This document shows, piece after piece, positions 11,191 to 19,774 of a stretch of DNA of 62,723 nucleotides; the first letter of the stretch is position 1; each line of letters opens with the position of its first letter. Under the pieces are notes generated by a model. It was not told the origin of the DNA. It made no database searches and was given only the letters and a program-made list of their open reading frames with translations. The position numbers and the translations under genes were made by a program. Source of the stretch: Candidatus Kuenenia stuttgartensis (GTDB lineage: Bacteria > Planctomycetota > Planctomycetia > Pirellulales > UBA1268); the NCBI GenBank assembly GCA_945890755.1, contig CAMDDA010000002.1, positions 1 to 62,723 on the forward strand, written 5' to 3'.

Positions 11191-13391
11191 GCGTCATCTC
11201 CCTTCGACGAGCCCGCGGTGTGGGCAATCCGGATCCCCACGGCGAAGAGCGCGACGCCGCACACCATGCCCATCACCGCCGCCGCCACGCCCCACGGTGG
11301 AATGCCCGTGAGGTCGGTGGTCGAGCCCCCTGCTTCGGCTGCCGCAGCCAGGGCCGCGCGGCCCCCCGCGAGGGCGACGAGCCCGAGCGGGATGCTGTTG
11401 TGCACGAGATGACAGACGATCGCCGGCAGGATGCTGTGTGTGGCCACCGTCATCGCGCCGAGGGCGATGCCGAGCGCGAATGTCTGCGGCATCCGCTCGG
11501 GCAGCAGGTGAAACAGGGCGAAACAGGCCGCCTGCGCCACGACGGCGACTGCCAGCCGCCGCAGCGACGCACCCGCACCGGCGAACGCGGCGAGCACCCA
11601 GCCGCGAAACAGGAATTCCTCGCAGACCGCGGGCACGACGGCCATCAGGCACCAGGCCAGCCAGCCCGGCCGCTCGAGCATCAGGTGGAGCAGGCGGCGG
11701 TTGAGATCCTCCGCCTCGGCCGACAGGGCGGTCCCCTTCACCGCGAGCAGCGCCGCCGCGCCGATCCCGAACAAGCCGGCGCCCACGAGTCCTGCGCCCC
11801 CCAGGCAGGCCGTCAGGGAGGCGACGTGTCTGCCCGACCCGCCGGCGCCGAGCGGCATGCCCCCGGGCCAACGGACGGAGAACGTGCGGACGAGGTTCAC
11901 CCGTTGCCACCAGACGACCAGCGCCAGCGGCCCCAGCACGGTGAGTACCTGCTGCAGCGGAATGGCCAGCGTCAGGTCGTCGGGAGTGAGTCCCTGTGCG
12001 TACCAGAGCGCCGCCAGTCCGGCGACGAGTGGCACGACACCCTCGACGACCGTGGGCCGCTCCCGGCGACTCGGCCGCGCCAAGCCCTTCGTCGCGGCGT
12101 CGGGGCCGCGGAACAGGATGTCTTCGTCGGTGAGCATCAACGCCGTCACGCCGAGCAACAGCCAGGTGAGCAACAGGGACGACACGATGGTGGCCGCCAG
12201 AGGTCCGGCCACGCCGCCGCTCGCCTCGTCGAATGCCGTGCGGGCGACCAGCACCTGGCCGGCAAAGGGCACGGCCGCCACCGGACTCGCCGCCCGCATG
12301 CCGGGAAGCAGTGCCGTGCCCGCCAGCGCGCTGACCAGGAGGATCACCGGTGTGAGCGTGTTTTGGGCCTCCTTGCCGCTCTTGGCCGCCGTCGTCACCG
12401 CCAGGCAGGTCGCCGACGCAAGGGCCGCCAATCCGGTGAACGCCGCCACGCCGACGGCCGCCGGCCAGACGACGCCGCGCGGCAGTTCGAGACTCAGCCC
12501 GGCCGGCAGATACCGACCGGCTACCGCCGCCGTGGCGCCGATCGAGGCCACGTTGACGACGAGCGTGACGAGCGTGATCGCGAACACGGCGAGAAATTTC
12601 CCGAACACGATGTCGCGGGCCGCACAGGGAGCGATGAGGAGGGTTTCGATCGTGCCGCGCTCCTTCTCGCCGGCGATCGCATCGATGGCGGGATAGAAGG
12701 CCCCGGTGAGCGTGAGCACGGCGAGCAACACGAGCACGCCCCCGGCGACGATCGGCACGATCTGCTTGGGCGCCGCGGCCGCAGCCGTCTCGCCCGGAAA
12801 CGTGAGCCGCACCGGCTCCAAGAATGCCGCCGGCACACCGGCAGCCGAGAGCCGTCGCCGGCGGGCCTCGTCGGCGACCTCGGTCATGACCGCCGTGAAC
12901 TGCTCCTGGACCCTCGCCGGCGGCGGCGGTTTCGCCGCCCAAGAGACGGGCAGTTCGACCGTCCCCGCGCCGTCGAGCAGGCGATCACAGTCCGCCGGCA
13001 CGTCCACCCACACATCCGCCTCGGCTGCGTCGAGCCTCCGCTTCGCCTCCGCGGCCGTGACCGTCTCGAGGCGGATCTGTGCCGGCCAGACGGATCGCGG
13101 ACGGCGGCGGGCCGTGGCATCGGCCGCGGTGATCCGCCGGGCGAGGGCGTCCGCACCGTCCCCGGAGAGCACCACCGCGATCCGCGCCGGGGCCCGCTCG
13201 ACCTGTATCTCGGTGGCGGCCGTGCGCAGCCCCAGCGCGGTGGAGAGCGCGAGCATGGGATACATCGCCACCGGGAGGATCAAGGTCACGACGAGCGTGC
13301 GGCGGTCGCGGACGAACTCCACGAGGTCGCGGCGGGCGATGGCCAGCGCCGCATGGAGACCACCCGGTCGGTTGCGACCTGCACCGGTCAT
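11187..13391 (-). CDS. ABC-2 type (NatB-like) transporter permease fused to a CPBP/CAAX intramembrane protease domain
   Basis: The N-terminus ...IARRDLVEFVRDRRTLVVTLILPVAMYPML is typical of ABC-2 permeases. The C-terminus carries CPBP motifs EEFLFRGW, FALFHL and HLVHN. There are ATGA overlaps at both ends. Confidence 0.75.
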   Translation of the reverse strand: MTGAGRNRPGGLHAALAIARRDLVEFVRDRRTLVVTLILPVAMYPMLALSTALGLRTAATEIQVERAPARIAVVLSGDGADALARRITAADATARRRPRSVWPAQIRLETVTAAEAKRRLDAAEADVWVDVPADCDRLLDGAGTVELPVSWAAKPPPPARVQEQFTAVMTEVADEARRRRLSAAGVPAAFLEPVRLTFPGETAAAAAPKQIVPIVAGGVLVLLAVLTLTGAFYPAIDAIAGEKERGTIETLLIAPCAARDIVFGKFLAVFAITLVTLVVNVASIGATAAVAGRYLPAGLSLELPRGVVWPAAVGVAAFTGLAALASATCLAVTTAAKSGKEAQNTLTPVILLVSALAGTALLPGMRAASPVAAVPFAGQVLVARTAFDEASGGVAGPLAATIVSSLLLTWLLLGVTALMLTDEDILFRGPDAATKGLARPSRRERPTVVEGVVPLVAGLAALWYAQGLTPDDLTLAIPLQQVLTVLGPLALVVWWQRVNLVRTFSVRWPGGMPLGAGGSGRHVASLTACLGGAGLVGAGLFGIGAAALLAVKGTALSAEAEDLNRRLLHLMLERPGWLAWCLMAVVPAVCEEFLFRGWVLAAFAGAGASLRRLAVAVVAQAACFALFHLLPERMPQTFALGIALGAMTVATHSILPAIVCHLVHNSIPLGLVALAGGRAALAAAAEAGGSTTDLTGIPPWGVAAAVMGMVCGVALFAVGIRIAHTAGSSKGDDA

Positions 13392-14149
13392 GACGACGCT
13401 CCGAGGCCCCGTGTTTCGATCACGGCGAAGAAGGCCGCCTCGAGTGTGGCCGGGCCGCCGGCCGGCGCCGCCGCGACGAGATCCTGTCGCGTGCCCGCGG
13501 CCACCACCCGGCCGCCGTGGATCACCACGAAGCGGTCGCAGCGCTGCTCGATCTCGTGCAGCCGGTGCGTGGAGAGCAGGATGGCGTGTCCCGCCGACCG
13601 GAGTTCGGCCAGCAGCTCGAGCAGGTCGCGGGCGCCCACGACGTCGAGGGCGTTGGTCGGCTCATCGAGCACGAGGGCCGGCGGACCGTGCACCAGCGCG
13701 CGGCCGAGCGACACCCGCTGTCGTTGCCCCGACGACAGCCGGCCCGCGGGCCGGTCGGCACACGACCGGAGGCCCAGCACGTCGAGTAGCTGTTCCACCC
13801 GCGCCCGGCGAGCCGCCGGTTCGAGCCCGTGCAGCCTGCCGAACGAATCGAGCACCTCCCGCGGCGTGAGCCGGTCGGGTACGCCGGTCGTCGCGGACAC
13901 ATACCCGAGCCGCTGCCGGACGCCGACGGGATCGGTGCACACGTCGCAGCCGCCGACCACGGCCGTGCCTGACGTGGGCTTGAGCAGCGTCGCGAGCACC
14001 CGCAGCGTGGTCGTCTTGCCGGCCCCATTGGCACCGAGCAGGCCCACCATCTCGCCGGCGGCGACGCCGAACGAAACACCATCGACCGCCTTCACGACAC
14101 CGCCGTCACTCGCCCGGTAGTGCTTCACGAGATCGACGACTTCGATCAC
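13388..14149 (-). CDS. ABC transporter ATP-binding protein (NatA-like)
   Basis: Walker A GANGAGKTT, signature LSSGQRQR, Walker B LVLDEPT. Confidence 0.9.
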   Translation of the reverse strand: MIEVVDLVKHYRASDGGVVKAVDGVSFGVAAGEMVGLLGANGAGKTTTLRVLATLLKPTSGTAVVGGCDVCTDPVGVRQRLGYVSATTGVPDRLTPREVLDSFGRLHGLEPAARRARVEQLLDVLGLRSCADRPAGRLSSGQRQRVSLGRALVHGPPALVLDEPTNALDVVGARDLLELLAELRSAGHAILLSTHRLHEIEQRCDRFVVIHGGRVVAAGTRQDLVAAAPAGGPATLEAAFFAVIETRGLGASS

Positions 14150-14186
14150 AGGCCGGCTCCCGGCGGTTGGTGGCCAGGGCCCGGAG

Positions 14187-14747
14187 TCACTGCTCCATGA
14201 CCTCGGCTTCCTTCGCCTTCGCGAGGTCGCCGACCTTCGTCTCGTACTTCTTCGTCAGCTCCTGCACCTCTTCCTTGCACGAGTCGCAGTCGTCCTCGGT
14301 GAGCGTGCCGTCCCCCTGCTCGGTGTCGGCCGCCTTGTTGGCGTCGCGACGGACGTTGCGGATCGCAACGCGGGCCTCCTCCGCCAGCTCCTTGATGCGG
14401 GCCGACATCTTCCGGCGGACGTCGGTCGAGAGCGCCGGAATCGTGATCCGGATCACGCGGCCGTCGCTCTGTGGATTGAAGCCGAGGTCGCTCGCCTGGA
14501 TCGCCTTTTCGATGTCCTTGATCGTGCCCGGGTCGAACGGCCGCACGACGATCTGGTTGGGCTCGGGGGCCCCCACGCTGGCCAGGGCCTTGATCGGCGT
14601 CGGCGAGCCGTAGACTTCGACCCGCAGCGAATCGACCAGGCCGGGGTTGGCCCGGCCCGTGCGAATGCCCGTCAGTTGCTGACGGAAGACATCGGCCGCC
14701 TTTTCCATCCGCTCCTCGGCATCCAGCAGTATGTCGTCGACGGGCAT
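14187..14747 (-). CDS. frr: ribosome recycling factor
   Basis: MPVDDILLDAEERMEKAADVFRQQLTGIRTGRANPGLVDSLRVEVYG...; 186 aa. The track ORF extends further 5' in an Arg/Pro-rich frame, which I rejected. Confidence 0.93.
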   Translation of the reverse strand: MPVDDILLDAEERMEKAADVFRQQLTGIRTGRANPGLVDSLRVEVYGSPTPIKALASVGAPEPNQIVVRPFDPGTIKDIEKAIQASDLGFNPQSDGRVIRITIPALSTDVRRKMSARIKELAEEARVAIRNVRRDANKAADTEQGDGTLTEDDCDSCKEEVQELTKKYETKVGDLAKAKEAEVMEQ

Positions 14748-14857
14748 CACGGCCGCTCCTGGGGTTGGCGATTCCCGCGCGGTCGAGCCGGCGGAGAATC
14801 GTCGATTGTGGCACGGGCTCGGTGCGGCGGGCAAGCAGGCGGACGGCCGCCCCTCGC

Positions 14858-15604
14858 TCACGCCCCCGCAGCAACCACTTCGGGGCTGCCGATCAGCGTG
14901 CCGATCCGGTCGCCGGCCACAGCCCGCTCGATGTTGCCATCGCGGCGGTAGTTGAAGACGAGGATCGGCATCCGGTGCTCCATGCACTGCGAGATGGCCG
15001 TCGCGTCCATCACCCGTAGGTTCTGCTCCCGGACCTGCTGATAGGAGAGCTCGCGGTAGAGCACGGCATGCGGGTTCTTCTCAGGATCGTCGGAATAGAC
15101 GCCGTCGACGCGGGTGGCCTTCATGAGGATGTCGGCGCCGAGTTCGAGGGCCCGCTGGGCCGCGGCCGTGTCGGTCGTCACGAAGGGGCTGCCTGTGCCC
15201 GCGGCGAGGATCACGATCCGACCCTTCTCGAGGTGTCGCCGCGCCCGCCGGCGGATGTAGGGCTCGGCCACGCCATCCATACGGATGGCGGTCATCAGCC
15301 GCGTCTGGGCCCCGAGGCTTTCGAGCGCATCCTGCAGGGCCAGGCCATTGATCACCGTGGCCAGCATGCCCATGTAGTGGGCGGTGGCCTCTTGGATCGC
15401 GGCATTGCCCGCCGTGAACGAGCCGCCGCGGAGGATATTCCCGCCGCCGATTACGACGGCGAGCTCGACGCCTCGGGCCACCGCCTGCACGGTCTGTCGG
15501 GCGATGTGGACGATCTCGTCCATCGAGATGCCCCGCTCGCCCTGCCGGGCGAAGCTCTCGCCAGAGAGCTTGAGGAGCACGCGCTTGTGAGGGGCCGCAG
15601 ACAT
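14858..15604 (-). CDS. pyrH: UMP kinase
   Basis: [10 protein letters not shown]..., [34 protein letters not shown]. Start ATG at 15604; an alternative ATG is at 15625. Confidence 0.93.
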   Translation of the reverse strand: MSAAPHKRVLLKLSGESFARQGERGISMDEIVHIARQTVQAVARGVELAVVIGGGNILRGGSFTAGNAAIQEATAHYMGMLATVINGLALQDALESLGAQTRLMTAIRMDGVAEPYIRRRARRHLEKGRIVILAAGTGSPFVTTDTAAAQRALELGADILMKATRVDGVYSDDPEKNPHAVLYRELSYQQVREQNLRVMDATAISQCMEHRMPILVFNYRRDGNIERAVAGDRIGTLIGSPEVVAAGA

Positions 15605-15651
15605 GGCGTCACCGTACACAGTCATTGAGCGAGGCAACAACGCTGCAAACC

Positions 15652-15737
15652 GTAGGCCCGTCACTCCGTGACGGGCTGCCCACCGTAGGCCCGTCACTCC
15701 GTGACGGGCTTTGCCCGTTGCGGAGCAACGGGCCTAC
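15652..15737 (+). repeat. REP-A element, expanded to three hairpins
   Basis: Two copies of GTAGGCCCGTCACTCCGTGACGGGC followed by GCCCGTTGCGGAGCAACGGGCCTAC. It sits in the tsf-pyrH intergenic space of a co-directional operon. Confidence 0.9.
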
Positions 15738-15740
15738 ACC

Positions 15741-16583
15741 TCAACCACCCAATTTCCAATTCTCGACCGACTTCACCTCGAGGCCGGCCGACTTCGCGAG
15801 TTGGCCGACGGTCTGCTTGTCGTCCTTCACGAACGGCTGCTCGAGCAGCACGCACTGACTGAAGAAGTTTCGCAGCCGGCCCTCGATCATCTTGGCGATG
15901 ATGTTCTCCGGCTTGCCTTCGTTGCGGGCGGCCTCGGAGAGGATCTCCCGCTCCTTGTCGACCACGGCCGGATCGAGATCGGCCTTGCTGATCGCCTGCG
16001 GAGCGAGGGCCACCACGTGCATGGCGATGTCCTTGGCCACCTCGGCCGCGGTCGCGGCCGACGTGTTGCCGGCGATCTCGACGATCGCAGCCTTCGAGCC
16101 GTCGTGGTGGGCGTAGCCGCCGCACGGGGCGTCGACCCGCTTGATCCGAGACAGTTCGAACACCTCCCGCATCCGGTTGAAGAGATCGTCCTTCAGTTCG
16201 GCGAGTGTCTTGTCGGGATGGGCCTGACTCTTCTGAGACATGAGATCTGCCGGAGTCGCGGCGCCAGGCCCGAGGGCCAGCGTCTTCGCGATGTCGTTGC
16301 ACAGATCTTTGAAGTCAGGGCTACCGGCCACCGGCGGGCTTTCGCACTTGAACTCGATGATCGCACCCACGCCCTTCACCGGATCGGTGTAGACGGCGAG
16401 GCGGCCGCAGGAGGTCTCTCGGTCGGCCCGCATCGACTGGGTCTTGACGCCCTGCTTCCGCAGCCACTCAACGGCCTGCTCCGTGTTACCGCCACACTCC
16501 TGGAGGGCCTTCTTGCACTCCATCATCGGCAGTCCGGTCTTCTCGCGGAGGGCCATCACGGACCCGGCAGTGATCTCAGCCAT
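15741..16583 (-). CDS. tsf: translation elongation factor Ts
   Basis: MAEITAGSVMALREKTGLPMMECKKALQECGGNTEQAVEWLRKQG (UBA-like N-terminus). AGGAG lies 8 nt upstream of the ATG. Confidence 0.95.
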   Translation of the reverse strand: MAEITAGSVMALREKTGLPMMECKKALQECGGNTEQAVEWLRKQGVKTQSMRADRETSCGRLAVYTDPVKGVGAIIEFKCESPPVAGSPDFKDLCNDIAKTLALGPGAATPADLMSQKSQAHPDKTLAELKDDLFNRMREVFELSRIKRVDAPCGGYAHHDGSKAAIVEIAGNTSAATAAEVAKDIAMHVVALAPQAISKADLDPAVVDKEREILSEAARNEGKPENIIAKMIEGRLRNFFSQCVLLEQPFVKDDKQTVGQLAKSAGLEVKSVENWKLGG

Positions 16584-16732
16584 TGGTCAAACTCCTGTCA
16601 AAATGAATGTGGACATGCATGCGGAGAACGTGAATGCAGTGGGGCCGCAGCGGCCGACGGGCCCATTCTGCCACGGACGAAATCTGATTCAGCGGGCGTC
16701 CAGCGGGCGACACCGGCGCCGGAAGCCCGAGT

Positions 16733-17533
16733 TCAGGTCGCAGGCTTCGGCACCGATCGCTTGGCCACCATCGGGCGGGCCTTCGGCTTCGGCTTGCCAC
16801 CGGTGGCCTCGGCATCCACGCCTTCGGCAGCGGCCTGGCTGTCGGCGGCCGTCGAGGCCTTCCCCTCGGCGATCGCATCGGCGAGCCGCGCCGCCACCAA
16901 TTCGATCGAGCGGATCGAATCGTCGTTGCCGGGAATGGGCAGGTCGACGACATCGGGATCACAGTCGGTGTCGATGAGGGCGACGGTCGTGATGCCCATC
17001 TTGCGGGCCTCGTTGATCGCGTTCTTCTCTTTCTTGGGATCGAACACGACGAGGCACTCAGGCAGCCGCGACAGGGTGCGGATGCCGCCGAGGTTGCGAA
17101 GCATCTTGCGGTGCTCACGCCGCAGCGATGACTGCATCTTTTTCGAATAGGTGGAGAAGGCCTCCGAGGGCAGCAGCGCCTCGAGTTCTTCCAGTCGGGC
17201 CAGCCGGTTGCGGATCGTCCGAAAGTTGGTGAGCGTGCCGCCGAGCCACCGCTCGTTGACATAGGGCATGCCACAGCGGGCGGCCTCGCGGGCCACCGCC
17301 TCGGCTCCCTGCCGCTTGGTGCCTACGAAGAGCACGATGCTGCCAGTCGAGGCGACCTGCTTCAGGTACTTCTTGGCCCGCAGCAAGCCCCGGATGGTCT
17401 CGCGGACGTCGATGATGTGGATGAGGTTGCGGCGGCCATGGATGTAGGGCCGCATCTTCGGGTTCCACCGGCTGGCACGATGGCCATAGTGGACGCCGGC
17501 TTCGATCAATTCCTGGGCCAGGACGTTCGACAC
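16733..17533 (-). CDS. rpsB: 30S ribosomal protein S2
   Basis: [19 protein letters not shown]..., [20 protein letters not shown]. It has an Ala/Lys/Pro-rich C-terminal tail. Confidence 0.95.
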   Translation of the reverse strand: MSNVLAQELIEAGVHYGHRASRWNPKMRPYIHGRRNLIHIIDVRETIRGLLRAKKYLKQVASTGSIVLFVGTKRQGAEAVAREAARCGMPYVNERWLGGTLTNFRTIRNRLARLEELEALLPSEAFSTYSKKMQSSLRREHRKMLRNLGGIRTLSRLPECLVVFDPKKEKNAINEARKMGITTVALIDTDCDPDVVDLPIPGNDDSIRSIELVAARLADAIAEGKASTAADSQAAAEGVDAEATGGKPKPKARPMVAKRSVPKPAT

Positions 17534-17803
17534 GCAGACACGCTCTTCGGAGGGAGGGGGAGGACAACCCGGGGTCGGGGACGCGAACCTGAGCCGGGAA
17601 ACCTTGACACTATCGGCTTTTTTCTGGCCGTGTCAACGCGGCCCCGCCACCCCCGGAAATGCCGCCGCCTGGGCGGTGAGACTGGATTTTTCCGGGCGGA
17701 TGCTAGACTCGCCGGGCTCGGAGTCGCCTTGGACTCGAAGTCGCTTCGTTGCCCCGATTCCCTCCGCCCCTTTGACCGGCCTCGCAGCCGTTTTTCCGCA
17801 GAC

Positions 17804-18361
17804 ATGCGTCACGTCCTCTCGGCCACGGTCCAGAACGTCCCGGGAGTGCTCGCCCACGTCTCGGGCATGCTGGCCTCCCGCGGCTACAACATCGACAGCC
17901 TCGCCGTCGGCGAGACGGAAGACCACCGGTTTTCCCGGATGACGTTCGTGCTCCGGGGCGACGACCGGGTGCTCGACCAGGTCCGTCGCCAGCTCGAAAA
18001 GATCATCACGGTCGTGCGTGTCGACGACATCAGCTCCCGCAATTACGTGGAGCGGGACCTGATGCTGCTCAAGGTTGCGGCTCCGGCCGGACCGGCCCGC
18101 ACCGAGGTGAAGGAACTCGCGGAGATTTTCCGCGGCCGAATCGTCGACGTCGCCGGCGACAGCGTGATCGTCGAGATCTCCGGCACGGAGAAGAAACTCG
18201 AGGGCTTCATCGAACTGATGCGGCCCCGTGGCATCCTCGAACTCGTCCGCACCGGCCGGATCGCGATGGTGCGGGGCAGCCTGCCCACCCGCGAACTCAC
18301 CGAGGCTGCCGACGGCGGCCGACCTGCCGACGCCGCCGACGCCACCGACTCACTCGCCTGA
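17804..18361 (+). CDS. ilvN: acetolactate synthase small (regulatory) subunit
   Basis: ACT domain [40 protein letters not shown]...; it is followed directly by ilvC. Confidence 0.9.
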   Translation: MRHVLSATVQNVPGVLAHVSGMLASRGYNIDSLAVGETEDHRFSRMTFVLRGDDRVLDQVRRQLEKIITVVRVDDISSRNYVERDLMLLKVAAPAGPARTEVKELAEIFRGRIVDVAGDSVIVEISGTEKKLEGFIELMRPRGILELVRTGRIAMVRGSLPTRELTEAADGGRPADAADATDSLA

Positions 18362-18392
18362 CACACACCCCTCACCACGCCAGGAGCATCCC

Positions 18393-19397
18393 GTGCCCGC
18401 GACGATTTATTACGACGCCGACGCCGACCTCGCCGCCCTCAAGGGCAAGACCATCGCCATCATCGGCTACGGTTCCCAGGGCCATGCGCAGGCCCAGAAC
18501 CTCCGCGACAGCGGGCTGAATGTCGTCGTGGCCCAGCGTCCAGGCGGCCCCAACTACGAGCTGGCGAAGAGCCACGGCTTCTCGCCGATGTCGGTGGAAG
18601 ATGCGGTGAAGCAGGCCGACGTGATCAACATCCTCCTGCCGGACGAACTGGCCGGCGACGTCTATCGCGCGGCGATCAAGCCGAATCTCAAGAAGGGCGC
18701 CGTGCTGATGGCCAGCCACGGGTTCAACTTCCACTTCGGCCAGATCGAGCCCCCGGCCGGCCACGACATCCTCCTCGTGGCGCCCAAGGGGCCCGGCCAC
18801 CTCGTGCGGAGCGAATACGTGAAGGGGGGCGGCGTGCCCTGCCTGATCGCGCTGGGGCCGAATGCGTCGGCCGAGACGAAGAAGATCGGCCTGGCCTACG
18901 CCAAGGGCATCGGCGGCACCCGTGGCGGCGTGATCGAAACCACAATCGCCGAGGAGACCGAGACCGACCTGTTCGGCGAGCAGGCCGTGCTCTGCGGCGG
19001 TGTGTCGGAGCTGATCAAGGCGGGCTTCGACACGCTCGTCGAGGCGGGCTACCAGCCCGAAATGGCCTACTTCGAGTGCCTCCACGAAATGAAGCTCATC
19101 GTCGACCTGCTCTACCAGGGCGGACTGGAGTACATGCGGTACAGCGTGTCGAACACGGCCGAGTATGGCGACTACACCCGCGGCAAGCGGATCATCACCG
19201 ACGAGACCCGCGCGGAAATGAAGAAGATCCTCGAGGAGATCCGCTCGGGCGAGTTCGCCCGCGACTGGATCCTGGAGAACCGTGCCGGCGCCGCGATGTT
19301 CAAGAGCACCCGCCGCCGCGAGCGCGAGCACCAGCTCACGCACACCGGCCGCCAGCTCCGCAAGATGATGAAGTGGATCGAGAGCAAGGAAGTCTGA
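18393..19397 (+). CDS. ilvC: ketol-acid reductoisomerase (class I)
   Basis: [21 protein letters not shown], ...[11 protein letters not shown].... GTG at 18393 sits 6 nt after CAGGAG. Confidence 0.95.
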   Translation: MPATIYYDADADLAALKGKTIAIIGYGSQGHAQAQNLRDSGLNVVVAQRPGGPNYELAKSHGFSPMSVEDAVKQADVINILLPDELAGDVYRAAIKPNLKKGAVLMASHGFNFHFGQIEPPAGHDILLVAPKGPGHLVRSEYVKGGGVPCLIALGPNASAETKKIGLAYAKGIGGTRGGVIETTIAEETETDLFGEQAVLCGGVSELIKAGFDTLVEAGYQPEMAYFECLHEMKLIVDLLYQGGLEYMRYSVSNTAEYGDYTRGKRIITDETRAEMKKILEEIRSGEFARDWILENRAGAAMFKSTRRREREHQLTHTGRQLRKMMKWIESKEV

Positions 19398-19424
19398 TCC
19401 GAGGAGCCTGAGCGAGGGAGTGCG

Positions 19425-19700
19425 ATGACGCCCGAGGAATACCAGGCCCGCAGCCTCTACGAGCAGCTCCAGCCGGGCGACCGGGTGGAGGTGGCGCACG
19501 GCGTGACGGTGGGCTCGAGCGCGAAGTGGAGCACCACGACCGTGGGCAAGGTGCTGCGGACGGAGCGGCGGCGGCATGGTCTCCACTTCCGCCGCAACGC
19601 CGACGACAAGGTCTACAGCGACGTGTTGATCCTCGCCCGCGACGACGGCGAACTCACCACGGTGACGATCGACGAATACACGCGGCTCCGTAAGCTGTAG
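19425..19700 (+). CDS. hypothetical small protein (91 aa)
   Basis: ATG is preceded by GGGAG. GC-rich third positions and balanced composition support coding. The TAG stop lies inside the first GTAGGCC of the following REP-A copy. Confidence 0.55.
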   Translation: MTPEEYQARSLYEQLQPGDRVEVAHGVTVGSSAKWSTTTVGKVLRTERRRHGLHFRRNADDKVYSDVLILARDDGELTTVTIDEYTRLRKL

Positions 19701-19774
19701 GCCCGTTGCTCCGCAACGGGCAAGGCCGCAGCCCGTCACGGCGTGACGGGCCTACGGGGGCATGACGGGCCTAC
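19697..19774 (-). repeat. REP-A element, reverse orientation, with an extra half unit
   Basis: GTAGGCCCGTTGCTCCGCAACGGGC...GCCCGTCACGGCGTGACGGGCCTAC...ATGACGGGCCTAC. The flanking TCACCC carries the stop of the minus-strand gene, as at 2532. Confidence 0.9.

Noticed and set aside
11094-14120. 1008-aa plus-strand ORF antisense to the ABC ATPase/permease operon
   Set aside because: Same artefact: an Arg-rich translation, while the opposite strand carries Walker A/B, ABC signature and CPBP motifs.
17534-17803. Attenuator or leader peptide upstream of ilvN-ilvC; ilvN lacks an adjacent ilvB; panC and panD are 10 kb apart
   Set aside because: I found no Ile/Val/Leu-rich leader ORF or terminator/antiterminator pair. 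The region has only a TTGACAC...GTGTCAA inverted repeat and promoter-like hexamers. Dispersed biosynthetic genes are normal genome organisation in such bacteria, not an anomaly.
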